A stretch of DNA of 64,000 bases from an uncultured Sphingomonadaceae bacterium. GTDB taxonomy: Bacteria > Pseudomonadota > Alphaproteobacteria > Sphingomonadales > Sphingomonadaceae. How positions within the stretch are numbered: the first letter of the stretch is position 1; every line of letters begins with the position of its first letter. The notes under the pieces are model-generated. The model saw only the letters and a program-made list of their open reading frames with translations. It was not told the origin of the DNA and ran no database searches. A program made the position numbers and the translations under genes. Below are positions 46,222 through 57,209 of the stretch, one piece after another. Location: NCBI GenBank assembly GCA_947495985.1, contig CANMBD010000002.1, positions 544,975 through 608,974 of the forward strand, given 5' to 3'.

Positions 46222-47439
46222 ATGAGCGGATGGCCGGAACTGAAATGGGATGTCGAACCAACCGGGCCGCTAAAGGGCTTGAAAATACTGGACATGTCCA
46301 CTGTCGTTCTGGGCCCGTTTGCAACCCTCAACTTTGCCGATATGGGCGCAGAAGTTATCAAGGTTGAAAATGATAGCGGCAAATTTCCCGGCGACATGAT
46401 GCGCCATGCCGGCGACAGTCCGACCGGCGATCTGGGGCCGATTTTCACCTCACTCAATCGCAACAAGAAATCCATCACGCTCAATGCCAAGGAAGAAGCC
46501 GACAAGGCGGTGATTGTCGAGCTGCTTAAACATGCTGATGTGTTTTTCCACAATGTCCGGCTCGCCGGGATGGAACGGCTGGGGCTGGACTATGAGGCGG
46601 TCAAGGCAATCAATCCGGGTATTGTTTATGTTCATTGCGCGGGCTTTGGCCAAGGCGGCGAATATTCGCACCGGCAGGCTTATGATGACTTGATCCAGTG
46701 TTCCTCCGGCTTTGCGTCGCTGTTTGAAAAGCGCGGCGATAGCGGACGGCCGCTCTATATGCCGTCGCTGGTCGCGGACAAAACCATCGGCCTGTTCGCT
46801 GTCAACGCGACGCTTGCGGCCATGTATCATAAGGAAAAAACCGGCAAGGGCCAGTTTGTCCAGGTACCGATGTTCGAAGCCTTTACCTGGTTCAATATGG
46901 TCGAGAATCTATGGGGTGAAACCTTCATCCCCGGCAATGGCCGCCTCGCCTACACGCGTTCGATTAATCCCAATCGCAAGCCTTATCCGACCAAGGACGG
47001 TTATATCGGCCTCGTTCCTTATAGCGACGGGCAATGGGAAACCTTCTTTGAGCTGGGCGGCAAGCCCGGTGTGTTTGAAGAACCGCGCTTCGCGACCTAT
47101 TCCGAACGCACCAAGAATATTACCGCGCTCTATGCACTCATTGAAGAGATTGCCTCGACCAAGACAACGGACGAATGGCTGGAGCTGCTCGACGAGCATA
47201 ATATCCCCGCGATGCGCTATAACCAGATGGCCGATGTGCTGGAAGATCCGCATCTCCAGCAGGTCGGTTTCTGGACCGAGCGGGAAGGTGAGAAGATCGG
47301 CAAATATCGCTCGATCAAACACCCCGTCCATTATTCCGCCAGCCCCGCCAATGTTTATGCCGACCCGCCGACACTGGGCGCGGATAATGACGAGATCCGC
47401 AATGCGGTCGGATTGCCAAAAACGGAGGACGCATCATGA
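46222..47439 (+). CDS. family III CoA-transferase (CaiB/BaiF type)
   Basis: From MSGWPELKW the motifs are LKGLKILDMSTVVLGPFATLNFADMGAEVIKVE and YDDLIQ. The longer ORF-track start at 45805 overlaps the divergent gene and was rejected. Confidence 0.85.
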   Translation: MSGWPELKWDVEPTGPLKGLKILDMSTVVLGPFATLNFADMGAEVIKVENDSGKFPGDMMRHAGDSPTGDLGPIFTSLNRNKKSITLNAKEEADKAVIVELLKHADVFFHNVRLAGMERLGLDYEAVKAINPGIVYVHCAGFGQGGEYSHRQAYDDLIQCSSGFASLFEKRGDSGRPLYMPSLVADKTIGLFAVNATLAAMYHKEKTGKGQFVQVPMFEAFTWFNMVENLWGETFIPGNGRLAYTRSINPNRKPYPTKDGYIGLVPYSDGQWETFFELGGKPGVFEEPRFATYSERTKNITALYALIEEIASTKTTDEWLELLDEHNIPAMRYNQMADVLEDPHLQQVGFWTEREGEKIGKYRSIKHPVHYSASPANVYADPPTLGADNDEIRNAVGLPKTEDAS

Positions 47440-47750
47440 GCGACGCAGCACCGGTTCACGTGATGGCCAATTTCACCGTCCATGATGCAGCAACGTACCG
47501 CATCTATGAAAAAGGCTTTTTCCCGATCCTGAAAAGGCATGGCGGCACGTTCATCACCCTGGATGACAACAGCACCACCTTTGAAGGCAGCACGCCACCC
47601 GAGGGCCGCGTAGTCCTGTTCAAATTCCCGAGCGCAGAGGCCGCAACAGCCTGGTATAATGATCCCGACTATCAGGCTTTGTCGGAACATCGCCGCGCCG
47701 GGACGGAGCTCAAATTCCTGACGATGCTGCATCCGATTCCGGAGCGCTAA
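47436..47750 (+). CDS. DUF1330 family protein
   Basis: ORF of 104 aa. The pattern V.V.ANFTVHD...Y..Y ... VVLFKFPS.EAA.AWYNDP.YQ fits the family. It overlaps the CoA-transferase gene by 4 nt. Confidence 0.7.
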   Translation: MSDAAPVHVMANFTVHDAATYRIYEKGFFPILKRHGGTFITLDDNSTTFEGSTPPEGRVVLFKFPSAEAATAWYNDPDYQALSEHRRAGTELKFLTMLHPIPER

Positions 47751-47843
47751 GGCCTTTCTTTGCGCGCGTTGTCGCCCGCTACATCATCTCTGAACCATAT
47801 GATCTGGCGAATATGATGATTTCACCTGAATCAAACACAGCCC

Positions 47844-47881
47844 AAAAAAGCCCGGAGCAATTTCTTGCCCCGGGCTTTTTT
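47844..47881. terminator. bidirectional rho-independent terminator between the DUF1330 gene and glnA
   Basis: A6-GCCCGG-loop-CCGGGC-T6. Confidence 0.85.
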
Positions 47882-47902
47882 GATCCAATCTGATCGGCAG
47901 GA

Positions 47903-49315
47903 TCAGCTGGAATAGTACATGTCAAATTCGACAGGCGCTGGCGTGGTTTCCAGACGGCTGACTTCTTCCCATTTCAGTTCGGCATAAGCGTCGATCTGAT
48001 CCTTGGTGAACACGTCGCCTTTGAGCAGGAATTCGTGATCAGCTTCCAATGCTTCCAGCGCCTCGCGTAGCGAGCCACAAACGGTTGGCACTTCAGCCAG
48101 TTCTGCTGGCGGCAGATCATAGAGGTTTTTGTCCATCGCGTCGCCGGGATGGATTTTGTTCTCGATACCGTCGAGGCCAGCCATCAGCAAAGCGGAAGCC
48201 GACAGATATGGGTTGGCCAGCGCATCCGGGAAACGGAATTCAACGCGCTTGGCTTTGTCGCCTGCGCCGTAAGGAATACGGCAGGAAGCGGAGCGGTTAC
48301 GGCTGGAGTAAGCCAGCAGCACCGGCGCTTCAAAGCCAGGCACCAGGCGTTTGTAGCTGTTAGTCGTAGCGTTGGTGAACGCATTGCACGCCTTGGCATG
48401 TTTGATCACGCCGCCAATATAGTGGAGGCAGGTTTCGGACAGACCGGCATATTCATTGCCAGCGAAAAGCGGCTTGCCTTCTTTCCAGATCGACATGTGG
48501 GTGTGCATGCCGGAACCGTTATCATCTTTGATCGGCTTGGGCATGAACGTGGCGGTCTTGCCATAGGCATGTGCAACCTGCTGCACGACATATTTGTAGA
48601 CCTGTGTGCGGTCAGCTGTTTCAACCAGCGTGCCAAAAGTAATGCCGAGCTCATGCTGAGCAGCGGCCACTTCGTGGTGATGCTTGTCCATGGGCAGACC
48701 CATTTCCATCATCGTGGCAACCATTTCGCCGCGGATGTCCATGGCGCTGTCTACAGGAGCAACCGGGAAATAGCCGCCCTTGGCGCGCGGGCGGTGGCCC
48801 ATATTGCCAATGTCATAGTCACGGCCGGTGTTGGTCGGCAGCTCGACATCGTCAATTTTATAGCCGCTGCGGTCATAGCCATCTTCAAATTTCACATCGT
48901 CGAACATGAAAAATTCTGGCTCTGGGCCGACATAGACAGTGTCACCGATACCGGTGGACTTCAGATAGGCTTCGGCGCGCACCGCGGTGGAGCGCGGGTC
49001 GCGACCGTAGAGCGAGCCATCGCCTGGCTCGACAATGTTACAGACCAAGATCATCATCGGGGTCGCAGAAAACGGATCCATATAAACGGAATCGAGATCG
49101 GGGCGCAGGATCATGTCGGATTCGTTAATCGCTTTCCAGCCTTCGATGGAAGAACCATCAAACATAAAACCTTCTTCCAGCACATCTTCGTCAACAACGT
49201 CGGCGCACATGGAAAGATGTTGCCATTTGCCGCGCGGATCAGTGAAACGCACGTCGACCCATTCGATCTCGTGCTCCTTGATCATTTTCATGATGTCTGC
49301 GGTAGTATTGCCCAT
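47903..49315 (-). CDS. glnA: type I glutamine synthetase
   Basis: ORF of 470 aa. Motifs are [21 protein letters not shown]-type ([16 protein letters not shown]) and the adenylylation-region motif NLYDLPP. Confidence 0.95.
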   Translation of the reverse strand: MGNTTADIMKMIKEHEIEWVDVRFTDPRGKWQHLSMCADVVDEDVLEEGFMFDGSSIEGWKAINESDMILRPDLDSVYMDPFSATPMMILVCNIVEPGDGSLYGRDPRSTAVRAEAYLKSTGIGDTVYVGPEPEFFMFDDVKFEDGYDRSGYKIDDVELPTNTGRDYDIGNMGHRPRAKGGYFPVAPVDSAMDIRGEMVATMMEMGLPMDKHHHEVAAAQHELGITFGTLVETADRTQVYKYVVQQVAHAYGKTATFMPKPIKDDNGSGMHTHMSIWKEGKPLFAGNEYAGLSETCLHYIGGVIKHAKACNAFTNATTNSYKRLVPGFEAPVLLAYSSRNRSASCRIPYGAGDKAKRVEFRFPDALANPYLSASALLMAGLDGIENKIHPGDAMDKNLYDLPPAELAEVPTVCGSLREALEALEADHEFLLKGDVFTKDQIDAYAELKWEEVSRLETTPAPVEFDMYYSS

Positions 49316-49385
49316 TATTTCGTCCCTTGGTTTGTTTTAGAGTTTGGTTTGCTGAATTGAAAAAACTGAATGCTGTTGTACTACG

Positions 49386-49745
<360 letters not shown>

Positions 49746-49948
49746 TTACTCAAGTTCTGGCGTGCTTATGCAGCACCAAAATCGGGCGCACTTGCCCGCT
49801 ACAATTCAATTACCATGCCAGATTGGAATCGTGAAAAGAATCGCCGGTAATCTGCTAAAGACAAACGGTGACAGTTTCAATGCCGCCCAAAAAACGGGCA
49901 TTTTTGCGATGCTCTGCCTAAATATTAGGCAGGGTTGGGCCGCATTGC

Positions 49949-52108
49949 CTATCGCGCAATTGGCGCGCTAACGTCAGCGACATTGGCCTTGGTCCAGTTT
50001 GAGCGGTCAATGACATAATGACGCAATGCTTCAACCTGATCAGCCTCCAGCTGTGAGGAAAAGCTGACCATGCCATGCTGTTTCAGGGCGCCGCCGGCGA
50101 TGATCGAGGCCCATGCCTCTTCACTGGCCAAGGTACCGGAAATGCGTAGATCAGGCGTGAAGCCATTGCCGACCGCGCTATCACCATGACAGACCAGACA
50201 GAAGCGACCGTAGAGCGCCTTGCCCTCGGCAACCTGTTTCGGAGTTCCGGTTAGCTCCGGCGGATCCCAGACGACTTCACCTTTTTCCGGCAATGCAGGT
50301 AGAGCCGCCTTGCCGCCGAGTTTCATCACAACCAGCCGCGGGATATTCGGAACCATGCGCGATGCGCCGCCCGCGACACCGGCCACCAGAGGAAACGCTC
50401 CGCCCTTGCTGGTTAGGAACGCGACATATTGTTCGCCATCTATCATGTAGGTCGAAGGCGCAGCCACAATGCCGGACTGCATGTCCATGCTCAAAAGCTC
50501 TTCGCCACTATCCGCTGCAAAGGCTTTGAACAGGCCAACGCTAGTGCCTTGAAATACCAGATTGCCGGCGGTCGTCATGGTGCCGCCATTCCAGGCAGCG
50601 GGATAATCAACTGACCAGGCGACTTTGCCCGCTTTAGGGTCGAAGGCAACAAGTTTGCCGGTTGTGGCAGCAATAGCCGCCTTATAGACATCCTTGTCAT
50701 CGGGCAGCTGGCCAATTGCCCAGCCGATGCCAACGTTAAAGCCAAGTCGTTCACGCTTTTTGTCAAGATCAGACGTTGGTACTTCGTATCCCTGAGGGAT
50801 TTGCTGAGCCGGGATATAGACCAGTCCGCTTTTCGGATTATAGCTCATCGGGTGCCAATTATGCGCGCCGAGAGCGCCGGGGATGGAAACAAACGGCTTA
50901 CCGGTTTTATAGAAACGTGCCTCGGGCGTTTCGATCGGACGGCCAGTTTCCAGATCATAGCCTTCTGCCCAGTTGATATTGTCGACAAACGGCTCCGCGC
51001 TCATCAGCCGGCCATTGGTACGGTCGATGACAAAGAAAAAGCCGTTTTTGGGTGCGTGGAACAGCACCTTGCGCTTTTCAGTCAAGGCCGTGGTTTCGCC
51101 GTCTTCGGTTGCTTTGGGCCAATCAATCTCGGCGATGATGATATGCTGGGTAGCGGTATAGTCCCAGGTCTCCGCAGGTGTTTCCTGATAATGCCAGAGA
51201 TATTTGCCGGTATCGGGGTTTACCGCGACAATGGAGGACAGGAAGAGGTTGTCTCCTTCTCCGCCGGAACGCAGCCCGTGATTCCACGGATTGCCATTGC
51301 CAACACCGAAATAAAGCTGGTCGAGTTCTTCATCATAGACGATGCTGTCCCAAACCGTTCCGCCGCCGCCGGATTCTTTCCATTCTCCGTCACCCCAGGT
51401 CTTGTTGGCGGCCTTGGCGAAAATCTCGTCGCTCGCTGCGCCATCCGCTTTACCTTCAGGATTGGGAACCGTGTAAAACCGCCATTTCTGGGAACCGTCC
51501 GATACATTATAAGCGGTCAGGTAACCGCGCACGCCAAATTCGGCGCCGCCATTGCCGATGATCACCATATTTTTGACCACACGCGGCGCGCCGGTAATCG
51601 TGTAGGGTTTGCTATTGTCGGTGGTTTGCTTTTCCCACAACCTCGCACCGGTATTGGCATCCAGCGCAATCAGGCGGCCATCAATCGTGCCGAAGAACAG
51701 TTTGCCGCGAGAAATGGCCACACCGCGATTGACGACGTCGCAGCAGGCATCCACGGCCTTTTCGCCAGGAACCTCGGGATCATAGGACCATAGTTTCTCG
51801 CCGGTTCTTGCATCATAGGCAAAAACCTTCGACCACGCGGTGGAGATATACATCTTGCCATCTACAACCACAGGTGTGGCTTCTTGGCCGCGGGCATCGG
51901 GTAAATCCTTGAACCAGGCAATGCCAAGTTCGCCGACATTGCTGTCATTAATCTGGTCAAGGGGACTGTGCCGCTGTTCTTTGGCGCTAAAGCCGATATT
52001 GCTCCATTCCGCGCCATCTGTCGCGGCTGATCGGCCGCCTTCATCCGCTGCCTGATTTTGGCAAGCGGCCAGCAAACATGTGGCGAAAAATAGTCCCAAA
52101 CGACGCAT
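49949..52108 (-). CDS. PQQ-dependent quinohaemoprotein alcohol dehydrogenase (type II, C-terminal cytochrome c domain)
   Basis: ORF of 719 aa with the adjacent-Cys motif (DACCDVVNRG), repeated W-motif propeller segments and the C-terminal haem site CLVCHG. Confidence 0.88.
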   Translation of the reverse strand: MRRLGLFFATCLLAACQNQAADEGGRSAATDGAEWSNIGFSAKEQRHSPLDQINDSNVGELGIAWFKDLPDARGQEATPVVVDGKMYISTAWSKVFAYDARTGEKLWSYDPEVPGEKAVDACCDVVNRGVAISRGKLFFGTIDGRLIALDANTGARLWEKQTTDNSKPYTITGAPRVVKNMVIIGNGGAEFGVRGYLTAYNVSDGSQKWRFYTVPNPEGKADGAASDEIFAKAANKTWGDGEWKESGGGGTVWDSIVYDEELDQLYFGVGNGNPWNHGLRSGGEGDNLFLSSIVAVNPDTGKYLWHYQETPAETWDYTATQHIIIAEIDWPKATEDGETTALTEKRKVLFHAPKNGFFFVIDRTNGRLMSAEPFVDNINWAEGYDLETGRPIETPEARFYKTGKPFVSIPGALGAHNWHPMSYNPKSGLVYIPAQQIPQGYEVPTSDLDKKRERLGFNVGIGWAIGQLPDDKDVYKAAIAATTGKLVAFDPKAGKVAWSVDYPAAWNGGTMTTAGNLVFQGTSVGLFKAFAADSGEELLSMDMQSGIVAAPSTYMIDGEQYVAFLTSKGGAFPLVAGVAGGASRMVPNIPRLVVMKLGGKAALPALPEKGEVVWDPPELTGTPKQVAEGKALYGRFCLVCHGDSAVGNGFTPDLRISGTLASEEAWASIIAGGALKQHGMVSFSSQLEADQVEALRHYVIDRSNWTKANVADVSAPIAR

Positions 52109-52201
52109 CTGACTTCTCCCGAGCCGGTTTAACCTTCATGGGTAAAACCTGATTTAACTGACTAGCTAAATTTAAGCGCTGCGGTCAAGGCTGATGCAAG
52201 T

Positions 52202-53029
52202 TTAAGCGTAAGGCGGACAGTCCAGACCAGCAGGGCTCTTGGTAAATATCTCGCAACCGGTTTCGGTAATTCCGATGCTATGTTCAAACTGGGCTGACAG
52301 AGAACGATCGCGGGTGACGGCGGTCCAGCCGTCTTCGAGCATCTTCACCGCATATTTACCGATGTTGATCATCGGCTCGATTGTGAAGAACATGCCGGGG
52401 CGCAGCTCCGGACCTGTACCGGGACGTCCGGCATGGACAACCTCTGGCGCATCATGGAACATCTGGCCGAGGCCATGGCCGCAAAAATCACGGACGACGC
52501 TATAGCGGTTGCCTTCGGCATGGGTCTGGATCGCATGCGCGACATCGCCCATGCGGTTGCCGGGCCTGGCTTGTTCAATGCCGAGCATCAGACATTCGTA
52601 AGTGGTCTGGACCAGACGCGCAGCCTTGACGGGGGCCTTGCCGATCAGGAACATGCGGCTGGTGTCACCGTGCCAGCCATCGACGATAACGGTCACATCA
52701 ATATTGACGATATCGCCTTCCTTGAGTTTCTTGTCGCCCGGAATCCCATGGCACACGACATGGTTGATCGAGGTGCAGCAGCTATGGGTAAAACCGCGAT
52801 AGCCGAGGGTCGCAGGCACGGCACCTTCGCGGAAAGCATGTTGACGGACCATGTCGTCAAGCGCGCCAGTGGTCACGCCCGGCACAACGTGCGGTACCAG
52901 TCCATCGAGGATTTCAGCGGCCAGCCGGCCAGCCTTGCGCATGCCCTCAAAGCCTTCCGGCCCGTGGAGTTTAATCGCGCCGGTGCGGCTTTGCGGGGTG
53001 GTATCTTCTACGGTCAGATAGTCAGTCAT
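52202..53029 (-). CDS. map: type I methionine aminopeptidase
   Basis: Motifs are NHVVCHGIP, DIVNIDVT, GHGLG, FTIEPM and QFEHS. Confidence 0.93.
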   Translation of the reverse strand: MTDYLTVEDTTPQSRTGAIKLHGPEGFEGMRKAGRLAAEILDGLVPHVVPGVTTGALDDMVRQHAFREGAVPATLGYRGFTHSCCTSINHVVCHGIPGDKKLKEGDIVNIDVTVIVDGWHGDTSRMFLIGKAPVKAARLVQTTYECLMLGIEQARPGNRMGDVAHAIQTHAEGNRYSVVRDFCGHGLGQMFHDAPEVVHAGRPGTGPELRPGMFFTIEPMINIGKYAVKMLEDGWTAVTRDRSLSAQFEHSIGITETGCEIFTKSPAGLDCPPYA

Positions 53030-53096
53030 AAGTCATATATATGGATAATTGGCAGGTTTGACCATGAGAATTTTTGGGAGAAATTTGGGATGAGGA

Positions 53097-53759
53097 TCAG
53101 CGATCATCGCGGTTTTGCGGAACGAAACTGCGTGGCAGACTGTTACCCTTGCTATCGAAGTTATTCCCGGCTTGGGTGGAATCACTCATATGCCGGTAGA
53201 TATAATCGATCACGATTTCGATTTCATAGAGCGCACCCATCACCAGCAAACCGCCGCGCGGTCCGTCTGGTGCCTTAACGTATAGGCCCGTTAGAGTGCG
53301 TTCAGCGCCCGGCGCGGTGTGATCCACATAACCGGTATCGAACCTTTCGGCACGACGATAATCGAAAACGCCTTTTTCCTGATAGTTCCAGTCATCATTT
53401 TTGCCAGCAACCATCCTGCCATATTCAATGGTCTGTGTGTCGCTATCTGCGATCAGGCGCCTGATATTGTTCTTGCGGCTGAGTGTCAGCCACAACAGAC
53501 CGACACCGACCAGCGCAAAAAGGCCGGCAACGGGCAAGCGCAGGGGCTCGCTGGCCGCATCCATTTCCCAGCTGATAACAAACAGCCCGAAAGCAATGAA
53601 CGATAGCGCAAAAGTCAAACCGGCAATTAGCGAGACCAGGCCCGGCGGTACGTCGTTTTCTTCGATGATCAGGCGCGGGCCGTTTTGGGAAATGGAGAGA
53701 GTTGCGTCATCATCATGCAATGCCGCCTCAAAATCAAATTTTCCCAATTGAATGGTCAT
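53097..53759 (-). CDS. hypothetical membrane protein (two central TM helices)
   Basis: ORF of 220 aa. Hydrophobic segments are LVSLIAGLTFALSFIAFGLFVI and LPVAGLFALVGVGLLWLTL. No family was recognised. Confidence 0.45.
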   Translation of the reverse strand: MTIQLGKFDFEAALHDDDATLSISQNGPRLIIEENDVPPGLVSLIAGLTFALSFIAFGLFVISWEMDAASEPLRLPVAGLFALVGVGLLWLTLSRKNNIRRLIADSDTQTIEYGRMVAGKNDDWNYQEKGVFDYRRAERFDTGYVDHTAPGAERTLTGLYVKAPDGPRGGLLVMGALYEIEIVIDYIYRHMSDSTQAGNNFDSKGNSLPRSFVPQNRDDR

Positions 53760-53873
53760 AATATTCTCCCGTTGGAGAGGATCTGATGCACCCCAGCGCA
53801 GTTTAATTGCCGGACCTTACCAAATTGCAAATGGCCGTTGATGATTTGCCGAACTGCTCTATATCCAAAGGCC

Positions 53874-54632
53874 ATGAACACAGCCCGCATTTACACAGCC
53901 GCCCTGATCGTCATTGGTGACGAGATTCTCTCCGGCCGCACGCAGGACAAGAATATCGCGCAAATCGCCAAATGGCTGAACGTGCAGGGCATCAGGCTGG
54001 GCGAAGTACGGGTGATTGCCGACGATATGGACGCCATTGCCGAAGCGGTGAACATCTTGCGGGCGCGCAATGATTATCTGTTCACCACTGGTGGTATTGG
54101 TCCGACCCATGATGATATCACGGTGGACGCCATTTCCAAGGCGTTGGGGGTCGATGTGATTATCCATCCGACCGCACGGGCGATATTGGAACGCTATTAT
54201 GCTGACAAAGGCGGGATTAATGAAGGCCGCCTGCGCATGGCGCGTGTGCCCGATGGGGCGGAACTGATCGAAAACCGCATGTCCGGCGCGCCCGGAATAA
54301 AGGTCGACAATCTGTATCTGATGGCTGGTGTCCCGCATATTACAGCCGGTATGCTGGATGCATTGACCGGTACATTGGAAGGTGGCGCGCCGCTGCTCTC
54401 CGCAACACTAGGGGCGTGGGCGCCGGAAAGCGAAATTGCCGATGTCCTGACCGCTGCCGAAAACGCGCATGACGGCTGCCAGATTGGCAGCTATCCGTTT
54501 TTCCGCAACGGTACTGTCGGCGCGAATTTCGTAGTCCGCTCAACCGATGCGGAGGAGCTGGCGACCTGTACGGCGGCGCTGAAGTCCGGTCTGGAAGAGG
54601 CCGGTTACGAAGTTACCGACGGTGGTATTTAA
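53874..54632 (+). CDS. CinA-like molybdopterin-binding (MoCF_biosynth) domain protein
   Basis: From MNTARIY the motifs are ALIVIGDEILSGRTQDKN and LFTTGGIGPTHDDIT. Confidence 0.75.
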   Translation: MNTARIYTAALIVIGDEILSGRTQDKNIAQIAKWLNVQGIRLGEVRVIADDMDAIAEAVNILRARNDYLFTTGGIGPTHDDITVDAISKALGVDVIIHPTARAILERYYADKGGINEGRLRMARVPDGAELIENRMSGAPGIKVDNLYLMAGVPHITAGMLDALTGTLEGGAPLLSATLGAWAPESEIADVLTAAENAHDGCQIGSYPFFRNGTVGANFVVRSTDAEELATCTAALKSGLEEAGYEVTDGGI

Positions 54633-54634
54633 GC

Positions 54635-55285
54635 TTATTCCCGCATTGCTTTTAATGCAGCACCTGCAGCAAAGGGCGTAATCGCGACCAGCAGCAGTGA
54701 TACCGCGCTGAGGAACAGCAGCGCGCTTCCGCTTTGATCGGCCAGGCTACCGGCTCCAAAGATCAGCAACGGAATGGCCAGCGGCACTAGCAATAATCCG
54801 CCTAAGGCCCCTGCGCCTTTCAGACCAGCGGTCAAGGCTGCGATCATTACCGCAAGGCCGGCAAGCGCTGGTGTGGCAATCGCGAGGCTGGCAAGCAAGG
54901 TGACAAGCGGCGGGCCTTCCAGACCCATTAGACCACTGGCCAGTAAGGCTGCGAACAGCAATGGCGGCCCAAAAGCCAGCCAATGCGAGATCAGCCGCGC
55001 AAAGGCGATGAGCTCGTCGGCAATGCCGCGTACGAGCAATTGGTCATGGAAGCCGCTATCAAGATCCGGCTGCACCAACCTGTCGAGTGGCAGGAGGGTC
55101 GCGAGCAATGCCGCGATCCATAATATTCCGCCCCCTGTCTGGAGCAGCAAGTCCCGGTCCGGTCCCACCGCAAAAGGAAACAGGGTCGCCGCCGAGAGAT
55201 AGAAAATCACGGGTAGCCAAGTGCCGCCGCTGGCATAGCTTTGCCGGACATCACGCCAGATCATCGTTTTGAGCGCGCCGATCAT
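54635..55285 (-). CDS. ccmB: haem exporter protein CcmB
   Basis: ORF of 216 aa, polytopic, with the pattern FPFAVGPD. It overlaps ccmA by 4 nt. Confidence 0.82.
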   Translation of the reverse strand: MIGALKTMIWRDVRQSYASGGTWLPVIFYLSAATLFPFAVGPDRDLLLQTGGGILWIAALLATLLPLDRLVQPDLDSGFHDQLLVRGIADELIAFARLISHWLAFGPPLLFAALLASGLMGLEGPPLVTLLASLAIATPALAGLAVMIAALTAGLKGAGALGGLLLVPLAIPLLIFGAGSLADQSGSALLFLSAVSLLLVAITPFAAGAALKAMRE

Positions 55286-55920
55286 TGCGGCGTCTCCATC
55301 TCTTCCAGCGCAGTGAGTTCAAGCTGAAGGTCGAAGGAAATCGGCAGCGTGATATGACTTGCTGCAAGGATAATACCGCCGTATTTCAAATGGGCTTGCA
55401 GGCTTTGTCCAAGCAGCTCCACCGATGCGGTATCCAGACCATTGGCAGGTTCGTCCAGTAGCCACAGATCGGCCGCCGTCAGAAAAGTGCGGGCAAGCCG
55501 TGCGCGCTGACGCTGGCCGGTCGAGAAATAGCGGATGGGCACCTCGGCGAGATGACTCATGTCAGCTTTGGCCATAGCGTCAGTACAATCACCTTCTGGC
55601 CTGTCATCCAGACTGGCCCAAAACCGGAGCGCGTCTTGTAAGGGCAGATTTTCATCAAGAGCCATCCGGTCGTCACATATTGCAACCGATGTCGGAACAT
55701 GGATGGTGCCGGAAAAAGGCTCAAGCAATCCCGCAATTAGTCGCAGCAGGCTGGATTTACCGACTCCATTGGGTCCGGTGACCAGCCCGGCCTGTCCGGG
55801 TTCCAGCGTAAAATTCAGATCGCGAAACAGCAATTTGTCGCCGCGCACGCACGAAAGGGCTTTGGCGCACAGATTATCGCTGCCTTCTTCCCGCATTTTG
55901 GTTGACGCCCCTCGGTTCAT
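55282..55920 (-). CDS. ccmA: cytochrome c biogenesis haem-exporting ATPase CcmA
   Basis: It has Walker A (GPNGVGKSS), the signature FSTGQRQR and Walker B (LWLLDEP). The start is uncertain. Confidence 0.82.
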   Translation of the reverse strand: MNRGASTKMREEGSDNLCAKALSCVRGDKLLFRDLNFTLEPGQAGLVTGPNGVGKSSLLRLIAGLLEPFSGTIHVPTSVAICDDRMALDENLPLQDALRFWASLDDRPEGDCTDAMAKADMSHLAEVPIRYFSTGQRQRARLARTFLTAADLWLLDEPANGLDTASVELLGQSLQAHLKYGGIILAASHITLPISFDLQLELTALEEMETPQ

Positions 55921-55974
55921 GGGGAAGACTTAAGCCATGAAACGGCGGCAAAGCCAAGCAAGGAGTATCGAAAC

Positions 55975-56271
55975 ATGGTTGCCCAACTGAATGACCCTGA
56001 ACGGCAGGCCGCTCTGGCAGCCCTACCTGGCTGGGAATATGACAGCAAACGTGATGCTATAAGCCGCAGGTTCAAATTTGCCGATTTCACCGAAGCCTAT
56101 GCCTTTATGACTCGCGTGGCAATCCACGCCGAGAAAATGGATCATCATCCCGAGTGGTTTAATGTCTATAATAATGTCGACATCACACTGACCACGCATG
56201 ATGCCGGTGAAAATGGCGGATTGTCTCAGCGCGATATTGATCTGGCGAAAACCATTGAGGGCATTCTCTAG
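55975..56271 (+). CDS. 4a-hydroxytetrahydrobiopterin dehydratase
   Basis: ORF of 98 aa with F.F.DF..A..FM..VA..AE...HHPEW.NVYN.V...L.THD. Confidence 0.85.
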   Translation: MVAQLNDPERQAALAALPGWEYDSKRDAISRRFKFADFTEAYAFMTRVAIHAEKMDHHPEWFNVYNNVDITLTTHDAGENGGLSQRDIDLAKTIEGIL

Positions 56272-57101
56272 CTTTTATCTTCTGCTCCAGCGAGAACATT
56301 GCCAAGATTCGCGAGCTCGACGGATTGTTTGCGCAGCCGGCCCGGCATCCAGCGCGCAGCGAAGGCCAGCTGCTTGGCCATTTTATTTACCGGTGTATGG
56401 ACCTTTTTGCCATGGACGGCTTCCCAGGCCGCCGGGCCGATGATTGATACCGGACTGACCAGCACACCGCTCTCTTCCAGCCGCTCCTTGCCGGTTTGAT
56501 TGGTGCCTTCCACCACGTCCGAGATGATGTTGGTATCAACAAAGCCTGGCATTAAAGAGCGAGACTTGATGCCATATTTGTTGAATTCCAGATCGTGCGA
56601 TTCAGCAAGACCGCGCACTGCGAATTTTGTTCCGCTGTAAACGCTGAGGTCAGCCACGCCGTATATACCAGCCGCTGACGCGGTGTAGAGCACACAGCTG
56701 TCGGGCGTGTTCTTCAGCATTTCAAAACAGGCCCGTGTGCCGCTGATACAGCCGGTAAAATTGATTGCGATCATCAGGTCGATATCTTCGTCGGTCATCT
56801 CCTGAATTGGTCCGCCTTCGCCAATGCCAGCATTGTTGAACAATACGTTCATCCTACCACCTGTAATTTCACCGAAATCGGCGACGGCAGATTTCCAGTT
56901 GGCGCGGTCTGTGACATCCAGTCGGTGAATCGAACTTTGCCCGTCGGGAAGCAGCGATGCGGTTTCAGCCATCCCGGCATCATTGATATCGGCAATACCG
57001 ATATACCATCCCTTGCCCGCGAAATAGCGAGCGACTTCGCGGCCCAGTCCTGACGCGCCGCCGGTGATGAAGATTGATTTCTGTCCGCTCTGATATGCCA
57101 T
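56268..57101 (-). CDS. SDR family oxidoreductase
   Basis: Motifs are [14 protein letters not shown] and YSGTKFA. Confidence 0.8.
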   Translation of the reverse strand: MAYQSGQKSIFITGGASGLGREVARYFAGKGWYIGIADINDAGMAETASLLPDGQSSIHRLDVTDRANWKSAVADFGEITGGRMNVLFNNAGIGEGGPIQEMTDEDIDLMIAINFTGCISGTRACFEMLKNTPDSCVLYTASAAGIYGVADLSVYSGTKFAVRGLAESHDLEFNKYGIKSRSLMPGFVDTNIISDVVEGTNQTGKERLEESGVLVSPVSIIGPAAWEAVHGKKVHTPVNKMAKQLAFAARWMPGRLRKQSVELANLGNVLAGAEDKS

Positions 57102-57209
57102 TTTGCTCTCGCCCTCTCATCTTTGTCTTATTGACATTAATGTTTGTTCGAGCGGTTTTTGGCGATCAGGTCAAGAGCGATTGGACATATTGAGTAAAGC
57201 TGGCCAATA

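Noticed and set aside
48149-49360. A 403-aa plus-strand ORF fully antisense to glnA. Similar long antisense ORFs occur opposite the PQQ dehydrogenase (50801-51793), rpoN (38000-38773), ald (40970-41686), the tandem-CSD gene (33327-34037), the acyl-CoA dehydrogenase gene (16175-16564) and others.
   Set aside because: In each case the opposite strand encodes a protein with unmistakable family motifs. The antisense translations are low-complexity, rich in Arg, Ala, Gly and His, and have no recognisable domains. Stop-free antisense frames are a common artefact of codon bias in moderately GC-rich genomes.
49773-49820. A possible NtrC-type site (GCACCAAAATCGGGCGCA, 49773-49790) and a sigma-54-like TGGCAT-N5-TTGA on the minus strand (49805-49820), both upstream of glnB.
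   Set aside because: The half-site spacing of the NtrC-like element is off by two relative to the enteric consensus. It also lies downstream of the putative promoter. The -12 element lacks the conserved GC. Nitrogen control here is plausible biologically but is not supported by the sequence motifs I can see.
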